From positions 1-54,810 of IMG/VR virus record IMGVR_UViG_3300045119_000359: a DNA stretch of 54,810 nucleotides, one strand, 5' to 3'. Position numbers and translations under genes: made by a program. Below the pieces are notes generated by a model, which made no database searches, was not told where the DNA came from, and saw nothing but the letters and a program-made list of their open reading frames with translations. This document shows positions 28,531 to 37,605 of the stretch, one piece after another (positions within the stretch are counted from its first letter, which is position 1; each line of letters begins with the position of its first letter). Source of the stretch: a virus. Taxonomy: Duplodnaviria > Caudoviricetes.

Positions 28531-30158
28531 AGCGCATCCGCCTTCCACCATGCCATCATCCCGGGAATAGACGTTGGATCAACCGCTGTACCTCCGGCTA
28601 CCGCGATTCCGTATTTCTGACCGAGGTATTTCTCGATGTTGGCCCTGTCTCCAGCTGCCATTGGCTCCGGCTCCACTTCCTGTTCTTCCTGCTCCGGTGG
28701 AGTGAGCGGGCCTCCTGGAGTTATCAGCGCGGGGATCAGCGGGATTAGCTTGAGTTTTCTCATCAACGCAGCCAGCGCACTGTTGTAAATTATGATCTCG
28801 GCTATATCGCCATCGCTATAGTAGGGAGTAGATGGTTCATATCCGATCTTGGTGTAATCGCCTTGATTTGACACTGGCGATGCTCCACTCAGCCTTTCTG
28901 TTCCGTCCCTGTAAAGCATGGTGTAAACTCCATTCAACAAATCCGCTGTAATGATGTGAAAAACAGTGTTATCTCCCGGCCCTATGACGACGGTGCTTCT
29001 GCTAGTGCTGTAAATATTCCCATCACCACCACACGACGGGCCATACGGATTAGAAATATCTCCACGCAGGCTATACAGTCCCACGGTATTGGAAACTGCT
29101 TTCATCACCACGAAACAGGTGGTGTCTCCCGCTCCTGACACTGGCAGTGCCAGATCAAGTCCTGACTGACCGGCGGTAGTGAAGCGCACCACCGGCTTGC
29201 CATTAAGGATGTTTTTCTTCAGGATGGGACGCTTGCTTCCGGTTTGAGTGGCATGATGCCCGAAACCGCTAAAGTCCGGCCACATGGAAACCGGGTCACC
29301 GTCTGCCAACAAGGGCGGCGTCCATAGGGAGTCTGCTTTCCACCAGCCTTGCAGACCGGGAACAGTGGTGGGATCAATCACCGTTCCGGTGGTGACATTG
29401 ATCCCGTATTTCGCGCCCAGATACTTGCAGACATTACAGCGATCAGGGACACTGGCTCCTACATCGGTGTTATAGAGGAGAATTTCAGCAATGTCGCCGT
29501 CGCTGTTTGTGTCTCCTATCCTGGTCCAATTATTATTGGAAGCGTTGGCCTGTAGGGCACTTGTGCCAAACTGGTTGCTGGGATCACCGCCATCCAGGTA
29601 ACTCCACATCGTGGTAGGCGAATCACTACGCACGAAGTAAATGTGAAAGGCGTTAGCCCAGGAATCGCCTGCGTAAACAAATCCGACCGTGGTGGCAGCG
29701 TAAAAGGTTCCCTGATATTCGGTTGCCGCCTGCGGGCCATTGACGCCACCTATGAGTGAAGTCAGGTTTTTGGAGATGGACGGAGAAGCTACCCTCATCA
29801 CCACGAAAGCGCACCACGGCGAAACGCCTGGTATGGCAGACAGGATGTTAAATGTCGTGGAGTTCGCGGAGCTGAAGCGCACCACCGGAAGACCGTTGAG
29901 GATGTATGTTTTGAGGATTGGTCTTGCTGTTCCGGACTGCGTGGCATCGTGACCATGCCCGCTGCTGTCTGCCCACAGACTTACCGGATCGCCGTCATTC
30001 AGGCCGGTTACTGGCGGAGTAACTCCTCCGGTCAGTCCCAGCCACCGGTCAGTCTGGTATCGGTCACCACGCCGCCAAAGGCCGTAGCCGCGATCAGGAA
30101 GATACCTGTCGCCTCCGGTCTGGTTCCTGTCACCACTGCGAGTGCTTCCTCTTGCCAT
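28527..30158 (-). CDS. Tandem LamG/concanavalin-like lectin-domain virion protein
   Basis: Two repeats of DGDPVS.W.D.SG.GH.ATQ...LNG.PVVRF...DGDIAEI..YN...KYLG.KYGI...WWKAD. Confidence 0.8.
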   Translation of the reverse strand: MARGSTRSGDRNQTGGDRYLPDRGYGLWRRGDRYQTDRWLGLTGGVTPPVTGLNDGDPVSLWADSSGHGHDATQSGTARPILKTYILNGLPVVRFSSANSTTFNILSAIPGVSPWCAFVVMRVASPSISKNLTSLIGGVNGPQAATEYQGTFYAATTVGFVYAGDSWANAFHIYFVRSDSPTTMWSYLDGGDPSNQFGTSALQANASNNNWTRIGDTNSDGDIAEILLYNTDVGASVPDRCNVCKYLGAKYGINVTTGTVIDPTTVPGLQGWWKADSLWTPPLLADGDPVSMWPDFSGFGHHATQTGSKRPILKKNILNGKPVVRFTTAGQSGLDLALPVSGAGDTTCFVVMKAVSNTVGLYSLRGDISNPYGPSCGGDGNIYSTSRSTVVIGPGDNTVFHIITADLLNGVYTMLYRDGTERLSGASPVSNQGDYTKIGYEPSTPYYSDGDIAEIIIYNSALAALMRKLKLIPLIPALITPGGPLTPPEQEEQEVEPEPMAAGDRANIEKYLGQKYGIAVAGGTAVDPTSIPGMMAWWKADAL

Positions 30159-30177
30159 TTAACAATGTAGTTATCGA

Positions 30178-30204
30178 CCAGCACTACCTTGGGCGTAATG
30201 CTGG
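30178..30204 (-). terminator. Stem-loop after the capsid gene (mRNA stabiliser or weak terminator)
   Basis: Minus strand CCAGCATTAC-GCCCAAG-GTAGTGCTGG; no clear U tract. Confidence 0.45.
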
Positions 30205-30219
30205 CGCATAACTACACTC

Positions 30220-31437
30220 CTAGGAGTAGCAGGAGGTGTGCGGCACACGCAGCGGCGGGCAGTTCAAGTGCGCGATCGCGTAGCCCAGGTAGGTTTGACC
30301 CGGCTGGGAGGCGCTCGCATAGAGCGCATCGAAGAAGCCGAGTTCACCACGCGGGTTGCAAGCCTTGTCGGTGATGACAAGGAATTGGAACTCGCCCATG
30401 TGGGACGCGAAATCGAACTTGAGACCACCGCCAGGAGCGGTGCTGGGCCTCTCGTACAGGCAGGTGAACACCGTGGGGATGAAGATGAAGCTGACCTGGA
30501 ACTTGGCGTAAATGTACGCCGGGTTAACTTCACGTTTCCATCCTTTGGTGGTCGTTGCAGGCGGCAGATAGGGGTAAACCCTCGCGCCCGCTGCGTCGTA
30601 ACGCGGCGGGAATTTCAGCCAGACATGCTTGTAGCCATTATAGCTGTAAGGCGTGCCCAGCGTGTTGATGAGTTTATCCGGATCAGCGTACCGGAAGTCC
30701 ATTCGCAGGTCGGGGTCTTGCCGGATCAGGTCGCGGGAGGTGACCGCATCGGTGAACAGAGCGAAGATCGGCTGATCGTTCGCGCCTTTTCCGATTGCGC
30801 CACTTGTGGCGACAGCACCGTCAAGGACGAGCTGCGTGTAGATTTGTTCCAGTGTTCCCTGCACCAGACGGCTGGTTGCTGTCGTCGGGATGGTAGCCGG
30901 TGTGAACGGGGTGGTGGCCTTCACATCCTGAATGGCACCTGTGCCAGTCTCGATGATGTTGTGGCCAGCAAGGTTCAGATACTCGTTCTGAAACCTGTTG
31001 CTCCAAACCCATTCCGTGACCGTCTCCAACTGATCCATCACGTTGCCCAGCGTCTGCGCGATCATAAAATCGTTTTGCAGATCGTTGATGCAGAAGTTCT
31101 CCGTCTGGATATTTCTGCGCTGCATCGTGAAAGGAGTCAGCGTCTGACCGAATTTCAGCAGCTCGGGAGTAGGCAGGCAGTTGTTGTGGTCAACAACGCC
31201 ACCGTCAATACCGTTGGTACTGGACGGGGTTGCATTTACCCACTCATGTCCGTCTTCTGAGTCTGTCAACGTGCGCTCCAGCATCATCGAGTTGATGGTG
31301 AAGCCCATGCCGGTGGGCCATTCGCCCTTCTCGACATAAGCGACCCACGGGTCGTTAATGCTGATGCGGTTGTACAGACGCGGAGACACCTGTCCTGTCA
31401 GAGCGTAGAAAGCGTTCTTGATGTTTTCGCAAGCCAT
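30220..31437 (-). CDS. Major capsid protein
   Basis: About 405 aa after the scaffold gene; AAGGA RBS before MACENIK; position and size. Confidence 0.8.
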   Translation of the reverse strand: MACENIKNAFYALTGQVSPRLYNRISINDPWVAYVEKGEWPTGMGFTINSMMLERTLTDSEDGHEWVNATPSSTNGIDGGVVDHNNCLPTPELLKFGQTLTPFTMQRRNIQTENFCINDLQNDFMIAQTLGNVMDQLETVTEWVWSNRFQNEYLNLAGHNIIETGTGAIQDVKATTPFTPATIPTTATSRLVQGTLEQIYTQLVLDGAVATSGAIGKGANDQPIFALFTDAVTSRDLIRQDPDLRMDFRYADPDKLINTLGTPYSYNGYKHVWLKFPPRYDAAGARVYPYLPPATTTKGWKREVNPAYIYAKFQVSFIFIPTVFTCLYERPSTAPGGGLKFDFASHMGEFQFLVITDKACNPRGELGFFDALYASASQPGQTYLGYAIAHLNCPPLRVPHTSCYS

Positions 31438-31660
31438 CGAAGTAGTCCTTTCGTAAGTCTCAAACAGTTTTGCCGGATGAAGTTCCTCCTCCGATGGAGA
31501 AGGCATCCTGCGTTTTCCGGGTGGCTGGCTTCCGGTATTCAGCCGTTCTGTTTGAGATCGGGACTACATCTCAGACTGCGTTACGCCCTTCGGTGGATGA
31601 GGCCGCGATTACATCCAAGAAGGCTTGTAAGACCCCGGGGCAAACCGGTCAAGATGAATT
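31438..31660 (-). promoter_or_regulatory. Capsid gene promoter and structured 5' leader
   Basis: TTGACC-17-TACAAG; inverted repeat TCTCAAACAG 31458-31467/31548-31557 enclosing further hairpins. Confidence 0.5.
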
Positions 31661-31700
31661 TTCTTGCAGCCGAAAAAAGCGGTGCTACGAATCGAAGGTT

Positions 31701-31889
31701 ATGGATAAACACACCACCACGCACCACGACAAGGACAGCAAAGACGCCAAGGCAGGCGAGGAATTCCGCGATTCACTCGGTCAGGCGAATCCGGCCCACG
31801 ACCTGGAGAAGAAAAACATTGCCGATGTGAAAACACGGCAGGACGAAGCTGACAAAGAGGCCAAGAAAGCAGAGAAAGCCGAAAAATAA
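31701..31889 (+). CDS. Small highly charged protein, antisense to the structural operon
   Basis: GAAGG RBS; MDKHTTTHHDKDSK...; 62 aa. Confidence 0.6.
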   Translation: MDKHTTTHHDKDSKDAKAGEEFRDSLGQANPAHDLEKKNIADVKTRQDEADKEAKKAEKAEK

Positions 31890-31890
31890 G

Positions 31891-32079
31891 CTACTCCACC
31901 GGGTCGGGCTGAAGGGCAAGAGGCGGTATCGAAGGATCGCTGGGGATCCAGCGGGCGATCTTTTTCCAGTAGTCCAGCTTTTTGCGCAGTATCGGAGCGC
32001 AGACGGTCACTTCGCCGTCACGCACCACGAATGCGGCGGTGATATTTTCCCGGTTAACGACATAGAGACCGTCTCTCAT
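31891..32079 (-). CDS. Hypothetical protein
   Basis: ATGA-coupled to the scaffold gene; AAFVV...CAPILRK. Confidence 0.6.
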   Translation of the reverse strand: MRDGLYVVNRENITAAFVVRDGEVTVCAPILRKKLDYWKKIARWIPSDPSIPPLALQPDPVE

Positions 32080-33332
32080 CTTGACTTCGCCCTGGCCTTG
32101 TGAAATTCCCGCAGGAACACATCAGCGAATGGTTTTTTCAGATCTTCATTGAACTGGCCGGAAGGCGTAAGGTTGCCCGCGTTCCCCGGACTCTCTGACA
32201 GGTTAGGCTCGTTGCCGAACCGGTCGTCCACCAGTTTTTGAAGCTCTGTTACCTTCTTTTGTGACGCCAGGAACAGTTTCCGGTAGGCGTCGGCGGCAGG
32301 CGCGAGCAGGCAGGCCAGCGCCACCCGATCCAGGTCGGTGTTTTCCAGAAAGAGATCCCGCCCCTGCTGAACCAGCCGCTCTCCCTGCTCGTTCCACCAT
32401 GCTGACTCGGGATCGCTGGTCTTCTGGAAGACTTCCACCTTGGCCTCGTCACGCAGACGGAGCAGTGCGCGGTCGAACATGCTGGCCATGTCGTTTCGCT
32501 GCTTGCTGATTTCCTGGAACTGCCGCTCGGTTTCCCGCGCACGGATGGCTTCCAGCGTTTTCGGGGCATTGGCCACGGCGCGTTGCCGCGCTTCCTCGTA
32601 ACGCCGGTAGGATCGCAGCGCGTCATTGGCTTCCATCTTTGCGCTCTCCGGCATTTCCGAAAAGAGAAGGTCGAGTCCTTCAAACTGCGCCTTTCCAGAG
32701 AGCGACATCACCTTGGCCAGTTCCTGCGGATCACCGCCAGCATCACGCACGATCCGGGCTGCCTCGTTCCATGACGCGGTGAGCGGTGCCATGATTTTCT
32801 GCTGGAACTCCGCCGAGTGTTCCACACCTACCCGTGACAGCATTTCGGCCATCTGCCGGTTCTGACCTTCCAGCCACTGGAGCCTTTGCTGCTCCTGCGG
32901 ATCTCGGTTTGGCTGGGAGCGAAGCGTCTCCACTTCACCTTTGAGTTTCTTATACGCCTCCCGCAAACCTTTGATGCGGCTCTTGCGCTCCTCCGGTGGA
33001 AGCTCCTCGGGGAACTCGGCATCAGGCTCCGCGGCGGCTGGCGGCTTCGCTGGCTCGCTTGTCGTTTTGAGCGCCTCCTCCAGAAACGAAGGGATCTTCA
33101 GCTCCTCCGGCGGTTTGGCAGGCTCCTCGGATGGCGGCGGCGCGGGATCGGTCGGCGGCGGCGGAGTCGTCGGCTTCGGTGGCTCGGCAGGCTCCTTGGA
33201 TGGACGCCTGATGTCCGGCAGCACCTGGTCGAATGCTCTTTGCACCTGTTCCAGACCCGGGGAATTGTCCTCGGCTCCCGGTGACGGCTGGGAAATTGTC
33301 GGTGGCGGCGGTACGATTACTGGTTCGGGCAT
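32076..33332 (-). CDS. Putative capsid scaffolding protein
   Basis: Pro/Glu-rich N-terminus plus coiled coil, between portal and capsid. Confidence 0.75.
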   Translation of the reverse strand: MPEPVIVPPPPTISQPSPGAEDNSPGLEQVQRAFDQVLPDIRRPSKEPAEPPKPTTPPPPTDPAPPPSEEPAKPPEELKIPSFLEEALKTTSEPAKPPAAAEPDAEFPEELPPEERKSRIKGLREAYKKLKGEVETLRSQPNRDPQEQQRLQWLEGQNRQMAEMLSRVGVEHSAEFQQKIMAPLTASWNEAARIVRDAGGDPQELAKVMSLSGKAQFEGLDLLFSEMPESAKMEANDALRSYRRYEEARQRAVANAPKTLEAIRARETERQFQEISKQRNDMASMFDRALLRLRDEAKVEVFQKTSDPESAWWNEQGERLVQQGRDLFLENTDLDRVALACLLAPAADAYRKLFLASQKKVTELQKLVDDRFGNEPNLSESPGNAGNLTPSGQFNEDLKKPFADVFLREFHKARAKSR

Positions 33333-33335
33333 GGT

Positions 33336-33638
33336 TTACTTTTTCTCCTCCTTTGGCGGCGGTTCGTAGGTTGGTTCTCCGGCAGCTTGGGCCACCAGCA
33401 CCGGCTTGGCCAGCAGTATGAGAGTATCTCCGTACTTGGAATAACCCCGGGTAAGCCCAAGCTCAATAGCTGCGCGAGTAGGAGAAACGTCCTCGTCCTT
33501 GTCCCCGCGTATTGCGAAATGGGATGGATGATTGTCCTGCATGACCTGAATAACGGCTTGCAGGATTCCGTTGGTAGCCAGTTCCTTGCTCCACTGGGAA
33601 GGAAGGAACTTATGCTTTCTGAACTCCTCAATGGTCAC
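33336..33638 (-). CDS. Hypothetical head-module protein
   Basis: GTGA-coupled to the portal gene. Confidence 0.65.
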   Translation of the reverse strand: MTIEEFRKHKFLPSQWSKELATNGILQAVIQVMQDNHPSHFAIRGDKDEDVSPTRAAIELGLTRGYSKYGDTLILLAKPVLVAQAAGEPTYEPPPKEEKK

Positions 33639-36295
33639 TCGCGTTTCGGTTTCTGTTTGGCCTGCTTATCCTGTTGCGCGGCCTTCTTCTCTGCCAGCCG
33701 TGCGGCATGGCGGGCCTTGCGTTCGGCCAGAGACATTCCGTGCTGCGTCCTTACCCGCTCGATCCCCATTCCATGCTGCGCCTGTGCGCGTTCCAGTCCC
33801 ATCGACTGTCCTGTTCGTGCGCGTTCCAAGCCGGTGCTGGCCACCGTGCGGCCAATGTCAGCGGTGGTCTTGGCTGTCCCGAGCTGGATGCCGTGAGCGG
33901 TCTTCTTGTCGGCCAGAGCCTCGCTGAATTCCTGTTTCCGCTGCTTCAGGTTGAGGTCAAAATCCTGCTTCGATTTTTTCAGGTTCAGATCCCCGATCAC
34001 CTTGGTCATCTTGGGAATCATCTCGGGATGCATGTCCTCCCCGGGCTGCAATCCGCCGTTGCCGTTCTGCTCCTGAGCCTGAGCGGATTCCTCCACCTGC
34101 TGCTGCAACTGGTCGGTCTGTTTGCCGAGTTGATCGAGCTGCTGCTGCTTCTGCTTTACCTCGTTCTTGCGGGTGGGATCTCCCTGAAGCATCTGAAGGT
34201 GCTGCGCCATGTGCGGCCCTGCCTGCTCAAGATGGATGAGAACCGGCATCGGATCGGTAGGCGCGGGAGGAGCAGCGCCCGGCGGCATGCCGTTGCCTCC
34301 GTTCATTCCAAGGGTCGGCCCCATCACGCCGGTTGCGTTGCCGTTGCCCAGCAGCCCGGTTTGCGGCGGGACGTTCTGCGCTCCCACCGCTCCGCCCGCC
34401 AGCGTCTGGTAATGCGCCATGGCGTCTTTCATGTGGACATCGAAATGGATGGAATGGTTCTGGAGCGGCTCAACCAGCGCCTTTCCTCCGGGCTGTCGAA
34501 GGGCGTTGTTTTCAAGGACGGCCATGGAAGCGTGCGCGTTGGGGACGCCCTGCTTCTCTATGGGCGGGAAAAAGGAATCGACCGAGAACATGCCGATGCC
34601 CGGGAGTGACGCGGCGCGTGCGCGGAGCGCGTGGTTGCGGCTTACCTCATCCATGTACGGGATCATGCTCACCAGTTCGCGGGTGGCGATGTCGCGGAGC
34701 TGCGGCGAACCGTAACCGATCGAGCGCGTGGAGATCACCCGCTTAATGGATTTCATGTTCATCACCTGCGCCGGTATCCCGCGCATGACGCACCTGTCCA
34801 CGAACTCCATGGCTTCCTGTCCTCCGGGGATGGATGGCGACTGGGCCGGATCCAGGAGGCGTCTCACGGTTTCCTTGTGCCATTTGTCGAAATTGGAGTA
34901 GTAGCGGTTGGTGCTTCCCTTGGTCAGCATGCCCTGTTGCTGCTGCACCAGCTCGGCCTGTCCCAGAGTCGGCTCTGGCCTTCCCTCGTCGGTTCGCTGG
35001 CGGTAGCTGCCGGTGTTGGCCTGCAACGTCCCGTGCAGCTCGCGCCGCATTTCCATTGCGCCGTTCAGGGCTTCAGCGATCCTGGTCTGGACGACCTTGT
35101 AACCCGGGGCGACAACCGCTGCGCCGCCAACCAGGGAGATCTGGGTTTCCTCCATGGCGTTCCCGTCGCCGGTTTCCAGTGTTATGCCTGACCCAATCAC
35201 CGCGCCATCGAGCATCTGGCAGAACGTCCTGTTGCTGATGTCGCAGAAATCGTAGATCTTCGGCCCCAGCCCCTTGATGGCGTGCCATGTCCCATCCGGC
35301 CCTGAGTCGAAGAAGAAGGGGCAAAGCACCTGGGAAAAGGAATCGAATTTCCGTCGCCGCTTAAACAGGTATCCGGTCTCCTCCGACAAATCGTCGCCTG
35401 CCGTCTCGGCCTGGTGTCCCAGCACCGAGTCGGTAATCATGTAGTGGCTTACCTTTCCGCCGAATTCCTTGATGAAAAGGCTTGCCACATAAATGCGATC
35501 AGAACGATGAATGCCGTAAAACAGATCGCCAGTTCTAATAGCACGCTGATAGAGGTCATAGTTTTCCATGCCATAGGTCTGCCTCATTTCCCGGAAGGCG
35601 GAGTCGATGATGGCCTGCTTGCAAAGCGGTATGTTCCAGCCATCGCCGTCAGGCTCATAGGTGCCTCCGCGCATGATGAAAGCTTCCAGCTCGTCGGCCC
35701 GATAGGAGTGCAGCACCGCGCACATTTCCAGCTCGTCCACGTTGGCCTTGGTCTCCATCGGGACAAGCACCTTGCGGCACTTGATGGCCTCGGAATGCCA
35801 GCCGATGTAATGCGGCCAGAACAGCGGGCCTATCCCGTTGACCACCATCTGCCACTGGTGAAGCTGGATCTGGTGATCGAACCCGTTCCACTGTGAAAGG
35901 GTGTCGGTGTATTCCTCGGTAAAGATGTCGCCCCATTGATCGACCACATGCGGCTCCGCGCCCTGAACGCCAAACTCGATCTTGGCAAAGAAGGGAACCT
36001 CAAAAACAAGGTCGTAATAGGGCGTCTTGGCCGCTTCAACGATGCCTTCGCTTTCGCGGAGATTGAAATTGGCGCGGTGCCCCTGTCCGATGTCGATCAG
36101 CTTCTGGCTGCTCCACGGCGGGTTGCCGTCCATCAGCCCCATCATGTTTGTGTAGCGGAACATCCGCGACTCATCTTCGTACTTGAGCCGCTGGACGAGG
36201 GAGCGTGCGTTACCGGCGTTGCCTATTCGTGAAGAAGGACGCTGCCCGGTTTCCGGGTCTAATGTGGCAAGCCGTTGACCGTAGGTTTCAGTCAT
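33635..36295 (-). CDS. Portal protein with long C-terminal extension
   Basis: About 886 aa downstream of terminase; MDGNPPW...RANFN; C-terminal Q-rich coil and 11-aa repeats. Confidence 0.8.
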   Translation of the reverse strand: MTETYGQRLATLDPETGQRPSSRIGNAGNARSLVQRLKYEDESRMFRYTNMMGLMDGNPPWSSQKLIDIGQGHRANFNLRESEGIVEAAKTPYYDLVFEVPFFAKIEFGVQGAEPHVVDQWGDIFTEEYTDTLSQWNGFDHQIQLHQWQMVVNGIGPLFWPHYIGWHSEAIKCRKVLVPMETKANVDELEMCAVLHSYRADELEAFIMRGGTYEPDGDGWNIPLCKQAIIDSAFREMRQTYGMENYDLYQRAIRTGDLFYGIHRSDRIYVASLFIKEFGGKVSHYMITDSVLGHQAETAGDDLSEETGYLFKRRRKFDSFSQVLCPFFFDSGPDGTWHAIKGLGPKIYDFCDISNRTFCQMLDGAVIGSGITLETGDGNAMEETQISLVGGAAVVAPGYKVVQTRIAEALNGAMEMRRELHGTLQANTGSYRQRTDEGRPEPTLGQAELVQQQQGMLTKGSTNRYYSNFDKWHKETVRRLLDPAQSPSIPGGQEAMEFVDRCVMRGIPAQVMNMKSIKRVISTRSIGYGSPQLRDIATRELVSMIPYMDEVSRNHALRARAASLPGIGMFSVDSFFPPIEKQGVPNAHASMAVLENNALRQPGGKALVEPLQNHSIHFDVHMKDAMAHYQTLAGGAVGAQNVPPQTGLLGNGNATGVMGPTLGMNGGNGMPPGAAPPAPTDPMPVLIHLEQAGPHMAQHLQMLQGDPTRKNEVKQKQQQLDQLGKQTDQLQQQVEESAQAQEQNGNGGLQPGEDMHPEMIPKMTKVIGDLNLKKSKQDFDLNLKQRKQEFSEALADKKTAHGIQLGTAKTTADIGRTVASTGLERARTGQSMGLERAQAQHGMGIERVRTQHGMSLAERKARHAARLAEKKAAQQDKQAKQKPKRE

Positions 36296-36386
36296 CGTAG
36301 TGATTGTCGTGGTTTCCGCCAAGAAAGATGGCCAGCCCGATAGCCGCTAACAAGGCCAGCAGGGAAGCAATGAAAAGGATCTTCAT
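36288..36386 (-). CDS. 32-aa single-TM peptide
   Basis: MKILFIASLLALLAAIGLAIFLGG; TGATG overlap with the upstream gene. Confidence 0.5.
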   Translation of the reverse strand: MKILFIASLLALLAAIGLAIFLGGNHDNHYDD

Positions 36387-36592
36387 CACGGCTTTGGGAA
36401 TGCCTCGATGCGCTCTCCCAGGATGGAGGAGTAACGCATCATCACCCTGAGCTGGTCGCGCAGCCTGTACTTTTCGTCCGGCGGCAAAGCCGCGAAGATT
36501 TCTTCACCGGTTATGAACTTGTCCAGCTTGGAAATTTTCTCATCGAGTTCCCTGCGCTCATCGACCACCCGTTGCTGGTAGGGCTGCATCAT
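36386..36592 (-). CDS. crAss001_48-like small helical protein
   Basis: YQQRVVDERRELDEKISKLDKFI...QLRVMMRYSSILGERI. Confidence 0.75.
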   Translation of the reverse strand: MMQPYQQRVVDERRELDEKISKLDKFITGEEIFAALPPDEKYRLRDQLRVMMRYSSILGERIEAFPKP

Positions 36593-36828
36593 AGCTCCAG
36601 GTTATCGGCTGTTGGATCGACCACCGGGCTGGAAGGATCGTAGCTGGTGGGATAGGGATTGGGTTCATTCAGGCGCTTCAAATCCATTCCCAGCCACATG
36701 ATCGACTCCTGCAACTTGGTAATTGCCAGTGCGCGTTCCCGGCTCCCAGGGAGGCTCTTTAGGTGCTGAAGCTGTTCATCGAGATTTTTCCGGAGCTGTT
36801 TGTCTTCCTTTACTTCGTCGGCGTTCAT
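36589..36828 (-). CDS. Acb2/Tad1-like candidate immune-signal sponge
   Basis: SRERALAITKLQESIMWLG motif. Confidence 0.65.
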   Translation of the reverse strand: MNADEVKEDKQLRKNLDEQLQHLKSLPGSRERALAITKLQESIMWLGMDLKRLNEPNPYPTSYDPSSPVVDPTADNLEL

Positions 36829-37094
36829 GGCTGGAATCCTGGTGGTGTTATGATGGCAGGCGCTCCGTTGGGTGTTATGACGTTATGCGGCTCTCCGTGT
36901 TCGTGCTCCATGGGAAAACGCCGCTGACTTTCGGCTTCCTCGTTAAGCACGTTGCGAAGGCGGGAAGTGATCTGCTGCATGGAATTTCCCTTGATGCCTT
37001 TCTGCCGGTTGTTGACCACATCAAGGACGGCGCAGCCGTAGCCCCGATCGGGATCAAAGCCGATGTCGATTCGGTACATGAGCTGGACAGCCAT
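36825..37094 (-). CDS. Hypothetical protein
   Basis: Coupled ORF; 89 aa. Confidence 0.6.
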   Translation of the reverse strand: MAVQLMYRIDIGFDPDRGYGCAVLDVVNNRQKGIKGNSMQQITSRLRNVLNEEAESQRRFPMEHEHGEPHNVITPNGAPAIITPPGFQP

Positions 37095-37246
37095 TATTTT
37101 CCTTTCCTGGCCTTGGCCATGGCCTTGAACCGGCGGGCCAGCGCGGCCCTGCGCGGAGTGCAGGTGCTTTTACTCATCGGGGTGCAGTAACCGGCGTGTT
37201 TCGGGTTCACGGCACCGGCGATCCAATTCTTTTTAGCTTTGGACAT
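37094..37246 (-). CDS. Small basic protein (50 aa), regenerated copy after endonuclease insertion
   Basis: MSKAKKNWIAGAVNPKHAGYCTPMSKSTCTPRRAALARRFKAMAKARKGK; not in the ORF track. Confidence 0.75.
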   Translation of the reverse strand: MSKAKKNWIAGAVNPKHAGYCTPMSKSTCTPRRAALARRFKAMAKARKGK

Positions 37247-37547
37247 GATGAACGAGCCTTTCCAGCATTCCTTTGTTTTTGTCGAACCTCCCGATCACTC
37301 TGTTACAGCCATTACAGATGACGCCCCTGACTTTTCCGGTTTCGTGGTTGTGGTCAACGTGCGTGGCGGGGTTCACCTCGCAGATGGGGCATTGGTCGTC
37401 AGTCTTGGCCGCCAGAGCGACGAAATCCTCAAAAGTCATCCCGTAGAGCCGCCGCAAATCCCTATCACGATACCAGTCCCTGGTTCGCTTCTTGGTGGTC
37501 GGGAGTTTGTTGTAAACCCGCATGTAGGCGACTTTATCAAACATCAC
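37233..37547 (-). mobile_element. Endonuclease VII-like homing endonuclease
   Basis: LYGMT...CPIC...HVDHNHETGKVRGVICNGCN. Confidence 0.88.
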
Positions 37548-37605
37548 AGTATCCCTTGTGCTTTGGGTTGACCGCGCCTTGGATCCAGTTCTTCTTTGCC
37601 GCCAT
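37537..37605 (-). pseudogene. Orphaned 5' end of the small basic protein gene
   Basis: MAAKKNWIQGAVNPKHKGYCDV* duplicates the N-terminus of 37094-37246. Confidence 0.75.

Noticed and set aside
22010-30158. Diversity-generating retroelement acting on fibres
   Set aside because: No reverse transcriptase and no near-identical TR/VR pair differing at adenines was seen; the paralogs are diverged throughout.
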